DNA of 64,000 nucleotides from Pavona decussata (taxonomy: Eukaryota): assembly GCA_977016875.1 (NCBI GenBank), contig CDRNST010000082.1, positions 1,240,001-1,304,000 of the forward strand, written 5' to 3'. The position numbers and the translations under genes were made by a program. The notes under the pieces are model-generated. The model worked only from the letters and a program-made list of their open reading frames with translations. It was not told the DNA's origin and did no database searches. Below, piece after piece: positions 52,290 to 64,000 of this stretch (positions are counted from its first letter, which is position 1; every line of letters begins with the position of its first letter).

Positions 52290-55200
52290 ATGGCAGCAAC
52301 AGGCGAGGAAATAATTTCCAATCCACCTGAAGACGTAAAGACAAAACGTAATGGCCAGACAAGGTATTTATGATTTTTCGTTGTTATGATTGGGCCTTAC
52401 ATCGCACAATTTTATTTCAATGGCTACCTTCGGAGGAAGCTAAAATTAATCCATATATATTGTCCATTATATGTTATTGTGTTTGATTCCTTCTACTACT
52501 GACAAACAATTTGAATCCTTCATTATAGTTGCTGCTGTCCAAAACAGTATAATCCGTGCTTTTGGTGGTCTTCATTCTGTAGCTGGTATGTGCGTCTTTT
52601 GGAGCGCTTCTTCGGTTGGTTTGGTGAAGGAATAGCGAAGCACCCATTGATAACCATCTCGTTCTGTCTTGTGTTTGTCAGCGTCTGCTCCGTGGGGTTT
52701 CTCTGGTTCCAATCAGAGAACAGAACAGTAAAGCTTTTCATTCCACAGAGCAGCCAGGCTATAGATGATCTAAACACTGCCGAGAAGTACTTCCGAATAA
52801 AGAACCGAGAAGAGATCATCCTCTTAGTTGCCTCCTCCGATCATCCCAATGTCCTTGCTCCCGATTGTCTGCGACAGGCCCTCAAGGCTCATCATGCGGT
52901 TGTGGAGTTGGAATCCTATTCTGACTTCTGTGTCACGCTGAAAGGTGCCAAAGCAAACTCCGTGGAAGACTGTATGATGATCAGTCCTCTGGAATTTCTA
53001 CAGTTCAATGAGAGCAATCTGAATGGTAAAACCTTGATACAGGTCCAGAACGAAATCAACAGAACGTATAACAACAGCGGAGTATTGATGCGTAACGGGC
53101 GTCCATTCTGGTACAACTTCAACCGTATGTTTGGCCGCACGGTCCGAAACGATGGAGGAATCACTGAGGCAAAAGCCATACAGATGGTGTATCTCATGCG
53201 CGATCCTAGCAACGAAGACATGAACGAAAAAGTTCTTGAGTGGGAGAAAACATTCATTAACAAAGTATCCTCGTTGGTCGACAGGCTTTCATGCTTTGAA
53301 GTCCACTATTCCAGCGAACGGAGCATGGATGACGCTATCGCCGAAAGCAGTGGCTCTGATATCACATTAGTGTCAATAACTTTCACTCTAATGATCACCT
53401 TCGCTTGCGTTATGCTCGGCAAATTTCTTAACCCGCTGACTGGTCATTCATTGCTCGCTAATGCAGGAGTGTTTGCAGTGGCGCTTGGGATACTAGCCGG
53501 CTTTGGTCTGGCCATGTGGTGTCGTATCCCTTTTGTCAGTATGGTGGGGGTGCTACCTTTCTTAGTTCTTGGAATCGGTATCGATGACATATTTATCATA
53601 GTGGATGAGCTTGATCGGCAGCCAAGGGACATGTCAACGATCAATATCATCAAAACAGTGATGGCTCATTCAGGAGCTACGGTTACCATGACGACTATAA
53701 CAGACTTGGTTGCATTCGCCGTTAGCACGTCCACGCAATTTCCAGCTATCAGGTATGAAAAAATTATGGTGTTGTTAATGTTTTCAATCTGTCACGCTAC
53801 CTAGAATCGCTAATTATTCCTGTCCTCCTATCTTTCGTTGTCTATTAAGGTCCATTAAGATGGACCTTAATAAAAATTGGACCTGAAAATGTAAATTGTA
53901 ATTTCACTATAATTGTAACATCTAAGGTTTTGATTCACACTAGATAAAACTATAGTTCACGGGAACGCTTATGAGCCATAAATTGTAGAAATAAACACTA
54001 TGTTTGCATAACGGTAATTTGAACCTGATACGGCCAAACATTTTGAGATTTTAAGGAAATTACTGAGGATAAGGATAGAACGTTCTATTCAAGCAAATTT
54101 TGTGGATGAAGCACAGTGTCAGTACTTTAAAGGCAATAAACACTGAAAAGGTCAAATTGGTTTGTCAAATCTTTCAAGAGAGATCCTTATTTCTCCAAAG
54201 CTTGAAAAGGTCATTTTGAGAAAGACGGCCTTTATACTTAAAAGAATGAGAGCCCATACGTGTAGTTAAGATTTTGTGCACAAAACTTTCTTTTGAAGTG
54301 GAGGAGGATGAGACTCAGAAAAAGGAAGAAATATAAAGAGGAAATAGAAATGGTTTCGTATACCTCTTATTTAAAAAAATTACCGGTCCCAGTATCTCAA
54401 TATTGGTGATAAGACCATTAGTTGAACTAGTCAATTTTGAAGTGGGCATAAAACCGTTTTTGAAGGCAATGCCAGGTTAAGGTCCTGTAATCGCGAAATG
54501 AACTTGGATCAATGGTTTCTTCTGCGGTTCTCCTCAGAAGACTGGCAAAATCATGAATAAAGTGTCATCACCACAATCATTAAAATAAGAATCAACGTCA
54601 CCATTATTTTAGAGACCAGTTTGATCGTTTAATCATCCTCATGAAAATTGTTGTGCCTTAGGGATTTTTTTTTTCAGTGCAGTTCAGTTTATTGATTCTT
54701 GACATAAATCTTACGAGAAATATGCACTGCCCTCACTTAGCAAGAGCAAGTCGAAGCGAGCAGTGGTTACAAGCAATATTTACAGAACAAGGGAAAGAAA
54801 AATGAAATTGTTAGGTATATATATGTGTTTACAGAGAATTTAATGTATTATATAATTTATGAGTATGGTGTACGAATCAGAAACTCTTTAGAGTACGCAC
54901 GTGTTTCACAGGTGCATCTACCTTTGCCCAACTGAATCAACTAATGCAATTTGTCAGGGTTAATGACGTAATTACAGTTTCAGGTGTGTTAAACAATGGT
55001 CAGCAATTATCTTATGAACAAAGAGTTCGTACTAAATTGTCTACACACACTACGATCATCATAGAGAAACGACGATGGAAAAGAGATTTCTAATCATCGA
55101 CATTATTACGATTAGCATCATATTATCTTAATAAAAACATTATTTAACGTCGTCGAAACGATGTGATCACAAACAATCAAAGATTACCTAAACTCACTAA

Positions 55201-57658
55201 AGTGTTCCTTTAGGTACTAACTTGTGTCCATTTTTATTTAGGTATTTCTGTATCTACGCGGCGCTGACGGTCACTTTATCCTTTCTCATGATCATCACAT
55301 TCTTCGTGGCCATTATGACGTACGACGTGAAGCGAATAAAATCAGGTCGCCGAGACATTTTACCATTCTGCCGAGCACCACCGCCCAAAAAGGACGCGCC
55401 AGCCTGGGACGAGCCCCTTCCGCAGATCTCAAATCGCTTTATGAAGGCCTGGGGCAGATTTTTGACGCTTACAGCAACAAAAGTCGTTGTCGTGAGTTTA
55501 TCAATGATGTTTCTTGCAGCTGGAATATACGGGATCTTTAAAGTGAACGAAAGTTTTGATAGACGGATCCTAGCTAAAGATGATTCTTATTTTCAACGAT
55601 TTTTGTCCGCCGAGGAAAAACACTTCGAACTTTCCCTCGAAGTGAGCATCGTTGAGTCTGGGGGCATTGATTATGGAATAAACTTTACCCAGGGAGAAAT
55701 AAGAAAGCTCACAAGCATCGTCACCAACAACCCACATTACAGGAACCGCTCACTGTCTTGGATGGACTCTTTTCATCAGTTTTCCACAATAACAAACAGG
55801 CACATTAACGGTGCAGCATTTTTACCAGCGTTAAAAGCATTTCTCAGTGTTCCAGAGTTTTCTCATTTCGCTCAAGACTTGAAATTTTCTAAAGATGGCA
55901 AGACATTGGAAGCTTCGCGTGTTCTTGGCTACATGAAAAGCAGTGGCAGTTCGATGTTCCAAAAGAATGCAATGCAAACACTTCGCCATGACATCAAGGA
56001 AAATTCCAGGCTCAACGCTTTCCCCATCACCCGACCATTCATCTTCTTTGAGCAGTACGCTATAACGTCCCGTGAGACCATAAGGAACCTCTTAATAGCG
56101 GCCCTAGCGGTGTTAATCGTCACAAGCCCCTTTCTTGTGGACTGCACAGTGACGATCCTCGTGGTACTAAACTTTGCGGCCCTGATATGCGAGCTGTTTG
56201 GCCTGATGGTTATCTGGGATGTGTCTCTGAACTCCGTGTCAATGATCACTCTCGTAATGGCTATTGGCTTTGCGGTTGATTACAGTGCTCACATTGCGCA
56301 TGCGTATGTGGTGTCAAACAAGGCAACAGCCAATGAGCGGGTGGTGGATGCTCTGAGCACACTAGGCGCAAGTGTCTTTTTGGGAGGTAAGTCAGGTTGC
56401 CAAGACTGCTACAAAATTGAAACATCTGCGAAAGGGGCTATAGGAAATATTTCTATTGAGTGGTAATTTATTCCTCTACAAATTCTGTTTTATATGGCTC
56501 GGAATTGAAAAAAAAAGATTGAAATGTGGTGGGGTATGCCGAGACAAAAGTATAGAAATAACTCAAAGCGGTCTCTAAAATGCCTTAACCCTTATCATCA
56601 AAGCGAGGACACTAATATGAAGATGGCGCGTAGTAGTTGAATTTATTAGAGTGGTCAATCTCGTGAGTGACCATATCCATTAATTAAATAGCACCCGCCA
56701 TTATGAGATCCCTTTTATTAAGCTCTCAGTCAAATAATGTTAGTTTATTGAGTCAGTCTTGTCCACGACCGCCTGTGGAGTTTGACATATGAACGTGCAA
56801 CAGTAAATACGAAGAACTCATTGATGTTGATACACTGTAATTTAATTTTTATTTTTTCTTACATGTTTTGGTTTCCACAGCCATCCTGTGGCGTAATTTT
56901 ACTGTTGCTTAAATAAGACTTTCTTTTCTTTCAGGATTCAGTACTTTCCTTGGTATGATCGTACTAGTTTTCGCATCTTCCGATATATTCCGTATATTTT
57001 TCCGAATGTTTTTTGGCATTGTCGTGTTTGGCCTTCTTCATGGCTTGTGTATCATGCCTGTTTACCTTTCTTTGCTGTGTTGGAGACCCACTGTTATCAG
57101 ATCACCGTCGGTAAGTGACAACGCGGAAAGACTGAGCAGTAGCAACCAGCAGGATGGAAGTGGTAGGGATTTGCAGCTGAGGCAAATTGGAAAAGATAAC
57201 CCATGTTATGCAGCTGATGACAATTCCTCCCAATTGTCTAAGCAAGGTACACTCAAGGAAGAAACTACTGGCAAAAAATTCGGGTACGACGAACAAACCA
57301 GACATGACGCTTCTATCGTCGAGATGGGAATTCCAAACAAGGTAGTGGAAATCGATGAAGAAGAGCTGGATGTATTCGCAACTGGAATAGAGAGCACGAG
57401 CGAGGTTGGTCAAAGTAAGTAAGTAAGTCATTTATATGTTTCTTTATTTATTAAGTAACTACAATTTACAATACGACCAATAACGGTAAAACGTTTTTAT
57501 TTAATAATGAACTTTAGTATCTTGTCATTCTATGTATGTCATTAATTTATTTTATCTACTTTTATCAAATTTGCTTTTATTGATATTGTATTTCTTAAAT
57601 TGTTGTACATTGTAAGAGCATTGAGATTTTAATGTCATGCGCAAGAAATAAATTATTA

Positions 57659-57711
<53 letters not shown>

Positions 57712-58514
57712 GTTATTAAGTTTGCAAACTAGTGAGCGAATGCGCGATTACGTGCCGGGTGATCATGAGTGCATGACTAAACGAGTTTGGCTTAAAAAAA
57801 GTTAGCGTGCTTTACTGAAATAATATTCTCAAACTCACCAATAATTCATCAAGTGAAAACAAAGATAATCACTACTGTGACCGTGGTTTGGATATGTGTT
57901 CCTAATTACCACAAAATTTTGCCATCTTTAACCTTTAATTTCTCCAAGAATTATTGACCGCTTGAGAAGCCATATCAAACACTCGAAATTGTGTTTCATC
58001 AGATATCCAAACACCACAAAGAGTCGGCTGCGCCTTTTTTTTAACCTGTTTCTCCATGTTTGGATATCTGATGCTGAAACACACCATATCGTGTTTGATA
58101 TATCACTTAAAGTATTAAATTACCATGATCTTAATGTTTAAAGGACACAGAGTGGAGAAGAGTGGGAAATCGACTTCTGCGTCAGAAACTACCACAATCC
58201 TTGATGAAGATATTTTTCAAGTGTCCGACAATACAGCGCCTGACGAGAATAGTGAATCCGCTTTGAAGTCAGAAGATACAGCAGCTGATCGGAAAGCACA
58301 GCTCCCGTCGGCGTCAATCAACACATCAGCCAATAGGAACGAAGAGTCTGGAAATACTTCATATGGAATAGTTCCCAACGGAAGAGGACTGAGTGGCCAG
58401 GTAACTCAGGCTTCAGACGCAGCCAGTGAAATTCCAACCCAAAATTCCATAGGAAATTACTCAGGAACAAGCGCTGAGGATCCACCTGACAATTTAATCA
58501 TAACAAAGTTTTAA
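52290..58514 (+). CDS. Patched domain-containing protein (PTCHD/NPC1-like sterol-sensing RND transporter), ~1097 aa
   Basis: Exons 52290-52363, 52529-53752, 55242-56386, 56935-57414, 58144-58514 (last junction least certain); phases consistent and total divisible by 3. SSD TM4 PFLVLGIGIDDIF, TM10 AIGFAVDYSAHIAHAY, TM12 FGLLHGLCIMPVYLSL; acidic low-complexity C-terminal tail. Confidence 0.92.
57970..58102. repeat. Hairpin MITE-like repeat in last intron of the Patched-like gene
   Basis: ATATCAAACAC..GTGTTTCATCAGATATCCAAACA / TGTTTGGATATCTGATG.TGAAACAC..GTGTTTGATAT. Confidence 0.7.
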
Positions 58515-59147
58515 CGAAGAGCCCAGCACCCATTTCTACTGCATTCTAAATATTTTATAGTGAAAACGATTCTTCTCATGGTGAAACCTAAAAAACTGAG
58601 AGTGGCAAAGAACTACCGCTATATTTATTGTGTGTTCAAGAGAGCTCTCTTGGTGGGTTTAATCAGTTGGTGCGGATTACTTCCTCCGACGGTCTTGAGG
58701 TATCCATTTTTGGAATTCGCTTGACTTCCAATTAACTACTAACATTTAGTGTCGCCAGATATTTCTTTGCTTTTAACTTATGGCAAAAAAAAAAAGAAAA
58801 GAAATCTCGTTGCATAATTTGCTTCAAATAATTCCACTGAAAATGATCACGGACTGACGCATAAAACAAGCACTGGACGAATGAGCCTCTCCCAAGAGGG
58901 AGCTGGAAAAACAGTTACTGACTGGTTGTAGAATTGGCGGGGATCTTTTAAATAGTATCAACTTCAAAAAGTGACTAACGTTTTTTTCGTATATTGGGAT
59001 TAATTTTTTCATCTGAGAGACCAGTTTGAATCAGACAACTTTAGATGGTTTTCGAATCGCGGAAATTATCAACAAGATCCAAATAATAAAAATTGAAAGA
59101 TGTTCGGTGAGGTTACAAAGTTCCTGTGAAGACACTGCTTGAAGGGG

Positions 59148-59179
<32 letters not shown>

Positions 59180-60676
59180 TCGCGCATTTCTCACCTTATG
59201 TCCATAAAATGCACTTAACCCTGAATTTGGGTGCTTCATATAAGACAGACCTTTTTTTCGTTTTCGTATGACTACATGTTTGACAGAATTATGTGTGTTT
59301 TAGTGAGAATTAAGGTTAGGGGACTCCTTGTGATGTCTATCATACAGTTCATGAATCTCATTAGCGTGCATTTCTGCACATAACATTTCCCAGAGGTAAA
59401 GTAAGTAACAATCATTCTAAGAAGGTCTAAAACACATAACAATGTAGGATTTTTTTCCAAATTGAACTTAATTACCCCTCCCCTAATTTTCATTTGGATT
59501 TCAATAATTTTCACGCGAGTAAACCGCCTTTAAACCGCTCAAAAACTACATTTGAATTAGTAGGCACAAGAGTTTCTGGAACCATCTTGAGATGCGCAGA
59601 ACGCATGCGCAGTAGCAAATGGAAGCACCGTTCTTAACGTTAGCACGGATACCTCATCTGTCAGACTAGAGGCTAAAGGTTTAATGAAACAAAGAGCAAG
59701 TATTATTTATGAATAATTTCTTAATATTATGTATAGCAAGTTTATCTTTGCCTCAGACACTGTCAGATTTCCAAAGCAAAAAGCTGATCATAAATCTAAA
59801 GCAAAGCTTTAGCTGAAATAGTGGCACCAGTCTTGCCTGTTTAAATATTATTTGGCATGTAAAATTAAAATATACAACTTGGTGATCCGGGAAAAAAATC
59901 CATCAGTCTTCATTAAATGGTTAAAAGTAACCAAGTAACAAAAAGCTTATCTACGCAGGCAGTGAAAGAAAAAAAAAGGAATATACAATATATCTTCAAT
60001 ATAAGAGATCGAAAGTAATTTCATTTTCTTTGAAACTTATTTAAGTGTTTTAAACAATACTATGTCGACGAGTGCTTAGTTTTTCGCTCACTGATTTTCG
60101 CTGTTTCTTCGGCCCGTGAACCGTGCCAGAGACCCCCCCCCCCCCCCCCCCCACCTTGTACGACCCTCTAGTTATACTTTAGCTTTGATACTCCTGTAGC
60201 CCTTGGATTTGGCACAGAACTTGCATTTGGAATTGATGGCTCTTGAGGAGCGAGAAAATCGGAGCACTTGAAGAAAACCGGCTCTCGAAGTGAAGACAAT
60301 AAATCAATGAACAACAACAGGGTTGATTGCACGTGACGTCACGGCTGCCACGTTGGTGGTATGGAACAATAAGATTTTTCTCCTCTGGGAGTTAACTTTC
60401 ATTTAAATTATGCAAACTATGTGAACAATTTTTTTTTGTTTTGACCACCAACATGACAGCAATGCAATCCACCTATATCAATCAATCCAAACAATGTGAA
60501 GTTTTGGCGGCGGAGCCACAAGGATAATTTCTTCTTGTTATTGTTTTCGATCTTTGAATAACTCTGCACCTGAATATCTTAGTAATTTCTTTACTCCTAG
60601 GGTTAACACAATGAATTTTTATAGAATAGATAAACTTAACATTCCCTGGTAAAAAAAAAATAGTATAGCTAAAAGC

Positions 60677-60905
60677 CCATTTTACAGTTGTGTGCTTGGT
60701 GACCTGGCCTTGGAGTGGAAGCGAGGCTGGGGGTGACCTTGTTTTGATACAGACCTCATTGCTTTTCATATGTAGATCATGCTGTTCTTGAGCTAACTAG
60801 TTGCATTTACATATGAAAACCAGTGAGGTCTGTATCAAAACAAGGTCACCCCCAGCCTCGCTTCCAATCCAAGGCCAGGTCACTAAGCACACAACTGTAA
60901 AATGG
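60677..60905. repeat. Near-perfect palindromic MITE (~95-bp arms)
   Basis: CCATTTTACAGTTGTGTGCTT.GTGACCTGGCCTTGGA.TGGAAGCGAGGCTGGGGGTGACCTTGTTTTGATACAGACCTCA and its reverse complement. Confidence 0.85.
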
Positions 60906-61055
60906 TTTATTTTCCGAGGCAAAAAACATAATCACTGCGCGATTTGTTGCCAACTACAGAATGGACCGTTAAAATACCGCCCGTTCTTTATGAATGAAAT
61001 GTAAATATGAAGGTTATTTGGTTTTTCTCAGTACATGACAACATGTTACTGGGTG

Positions 61056-61422
61056 AGACTCATGTATTATTCTAGAAAGTGACACAGTCATACTCCGAAA
61101 AAAGAAATCCGAGTGCTCTTAGCAGGAGTTGAACCTAAGACCTTCCGATTACTAGCCGGATGCTCTACCACTGAGCTACAGGAGACTCGTGGGAGCTAAG
61201 GCCATTTGTCCCATAAACCTAGTTCAATTGCCTTAGCTCCCACGAGCCTCCTGTAGCTCAGTGGCAGTGCATCGCAACTAGTAATCGGAAGATCTTAGGT
61301 TCGATTTCCTGATAGGAGAACTCGGTTTTCTTTTTTCCGAGTATGCCTGTGTCACTTTCTAGAATGATAAATCATTCTCATTTATTCACCAGGCTCAAAA
61401 TATACCATAACATTTGTTTCAT
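61056..61422. mobile_element. Head-to-head inverted pair of tRNA(Thr)-derived SINE heads inside one 13-bp direct repeat
   Basis: Arms ~61068-61205 and ~61230-61368 are reverse complements containing GTAGCTCAGTGG..CTAGTAA..GGTTC; ATGTTACTGGGTG at 61043-61055 and 61423-61435. Confidence 0.75.
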
Positions 61423-62509
61423 ATGTTACTGGGTGTTTCTATAAAGGGGAAAAAAGAGATATTGAAGGTTTAATACTATCACAAGCAGTTTACTGTTATA
61501 GAGGCTATATATATGAGTTGACAAAGAAACAAAGCCAGACCTTTGAACATAGAGTACAGTTTCTAAATTATGACTATTTCAGTGGGGTGCTTGACACTCT
61601 TCCTTTAATCAGATTGATTTATTCGCTGGTCATCACCCATCACAACATACAAAACCATTCATGGGCAACTCTGATCAACGAGAATACTTAGTAAGCTGTA
61701 TGTTCACAGCTCGTTTTGTGTCCTTTTAAAGCATGTTTAATTTTGTTTCTCAAGCGAGTGTCTGTTTCGACAAAAAGAAAGAACACAGTTGAAAAACTAC
61801 AGACCAAAATCAAGAAACTGTTAGAAATTACGCACGAAAATAAACCTGTTCGGACGCCTTGGCTTAAAATTTTAGTTGCTCCGGAAAGATTTAGAGAACA
61901 TAATTTCATTCCTCTAATTTACTAGCTGCTCTTGGTTTTCCAAAAGGCTTTCTAAAAGGGGCAGATCCCGTTCGAGCCAAACTCTAAGATCAGTGGCTAT
62001 AACACGTGGACAGGAGTTGTGTAGGCCTGTCATCCCCATTATTATCACTGGCCCTTTTTCGTACTTTTTATTAAACAAGATATTTGCCCCTGAGGAAACC
62101 AAAGAAACAAGGTAGTGTTCCAATGTTACTAAATTTTGACCTGACATTTTGGAGAGGAAAACTTTAGTTTTTTATAACATGGTGCGCGTGCTTCCCTATC
62201 TGATTCCTATTGGCGTCATCATGGTACATTTCTCAACATACGCACGGACGTGCGTCTATAAAATGACGTGTGCAACTCGCAGACGAACTCAAGTTTCCAT
62301 CGCTTAGTTTTAGTTTGTACAAACTTAACTAATTCAAAGAAGCCAATTTCAAATGAAACTTTCTCGATCAGACCATGCCATTGTGGCGTGTTTGTAAACA
62401 GCTGATAAGAACCTTTGTTTCTCGGTACAGCGCATTGAGAGAATTTTGTAATCAATCACAAATAAAACGTGTTTTGCGCGTGCTACGTTTCGATACTTTG
62501 TTGTCACAA

Positions 62510-62711
62510 TGTTATAAAAGAATTGGTTCATACTTTAACCTGTGCGTATATCGAGTTATGGATGCCCTTGGGAAGTTTGGAGAGCACTCAAGAAGCTAGA
62601 GTTGCTCTCGGCTACGCCTCGAGCGACTTTTACGCTTCTCTCGTGCTCTCTAAACTTCCCGCGTGCATCCATAACTCGATATACGCACGGTAAGCATGAA
62701 CCAATTCTTAA
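62510..62711. repeat. Palindromic MITE-like repeat, family copy 2
   Basis: Reverse-oriented close match to 17087-17289. Confidence 0.85.
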
Positions 62712-63227
62712 ATTAACAACTAAATCCAAATTTCTGCGACGATTAAACCTTTCCAAACAATCTCCAGCGAAATGAACCTTTCGGTGCCGCGCCCCCGACC
62801 ATTCACAATCAAGTGGCTCGTCACGCACGTCACGCACTCCTTTCCACGAGGAGGAGTGCGTGACGTGACAAGTCAAACTCAGAACGTCTGCGTAGGAGGC
62901 TAGTGAGTGTACGTCTCGGTGAAAAAGAACTGTTGACCTTAACACACTATATATAATCTAAATATTTTCCACTGAAGAAAAAGAAAAGAACATAGACGCA
63001 TTCGGAAAAGAAGGAAGATGCAGACCCCAAATCTGTGTTTTAAATGCTTGAACTGCTTCTCTAATCTGTCTTAAATATTGATCTACTGCAGTTAATCCTA
63101 CGGTGCTTTTCAAAAGACCACTTCGAATCAAGCAACAAGGTTTGTTGTTGTTTTCTATTTTTTTGTTTTACCGAAACAATTGAGCGTCTTCGCTTAACGT
63201 CACGGAAAATTATATAGAAGTACCGGC

Positions 63228-63650
63228 CGTGTTTTGCGTTTCTGATAACAGGAAAAGTTATTACGGGAAACTGGCTGAACTATATCGATCTAGGTTTTTG
63301 TCACCGGTGTGAGAACAGAACATCTGAGAAGAAATGCTTTTACCCAGGTTCCTCTGTATGTAAATTCACCAAAAAAAAATATGCCGAGATGTATTGTCTT
63401 AATTTGTCACAATATAAATAAGCCTAGCCGGTAATTACCGCAAACGCAGTAAAAGGACCAGCTTTGTTTTGCGTTTCTGATGACACGGTTTTTGTCATCG
63501 CGGACGGTGTGAGAACAAAGCATCTGTTAAGACAGGCTTTTGCTCAGGTTCTTCTGTATGCAAATCCACAAAAAAAAAACCCTCAATATGCCGACATGTA
63601 CTGTCTTAAACTATCACAATACAAATAACTCTTAATTACTGCAAACGCTG
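63228..63650. repeat. Diverged tandem duplication upstream of second Patched paralog
   Basis: GTTTTGCGTTTCTGAT..CGGTGTGAGAACA..CAGGTTC.TCTGTATG..ATATGCCGA.ATGTA.TGTCTTAA occurs twice. Confidence 0.75.
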
Positions 63651-63936
63651 TCTCGTCCAATCACATGACAGTTGTTTCCTTTGTATTCGTACCATACGTC
63701 ATTCATGCATACATAAGATAGATTTACACTGATTTTTCAATTCACGGCTTCAAATACATCACGCACACATCAGTGGAAGTTGCCAGTTTTCACAACTGCG
63801 GTTTCGAAGATCAAAACTTGCTGTTTTAAGTACAAATTTTCTGATCACTTAGTCGCAGTTGAGATAGCTTTATATTTATAGTTGATATGATCTGCTAAAA
63901 AAAAAAAAACAATTCGCTGTCAGTAACGCTTCCTCG

Positions 63937-64000
63937 ATGGAAACAAGAGGCAGGGAAATAAGTTCCTATCCACCTGAAGACGTGAAGACAAAACGTAACG
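63937..64000 (+). CDS. First coding exon (truncated by window end) of a second Patched domain-containing paralog
   Basis: ATG..METRGREISSYPPEDVKTKRN matches MAATGEEIISNPPEDVKTKRN at 52290, and ~330 bp of upstream sequence is also homologous. Confidence 0.75.
   Translation, partial: METRGREISSYPPEDVKTKRN

Noticed and set aside
1-64000. CRISPR array
   Set aside because: No regularly spaced direct repeats with unique spacers; repeats are microsatellites, MITEs and SINEs.

Overview
Eukaryotic (animal) genomic DNA with GT-AG spliceosomal introns, microsatellites, and many short hairpin/MITE and tRNA-derived SINE repeats. The repeat landscape suggests a cnidarian such as a stony coral, but that is inference only. 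The window holds a compact cluster. Two paralogous, convergently oriented giant genes (about 3,560 aa each, identical 13-exon layout) encode a Patched/NPC1-type (RND, sterol-sensing) 12-TM membrane domain fused in one uninterrupted 5.7 kb exon to an iterative type I PKS. The PKS order is KS-AT-DH-pseudoKR-degenerate ER-KR-ACP-TE, followed by a C-terminal PH-like domain. A U5 snRNA gene lies between their 3' ends. Divergent from the second PKS is a stand-alone, motif-intact Patched-domain (PTCHD-like) gene, and the first exon of a second PTCHD-like paralog starts at the right edge. The most notable feature is this candidate membrane-embedded transporter-synthase fusion clustered with free Patched-family transporters, reminiscent of bacterial MmpL/PKS pairings. 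All exon boundaries were read by hand and not checked against transcripts.
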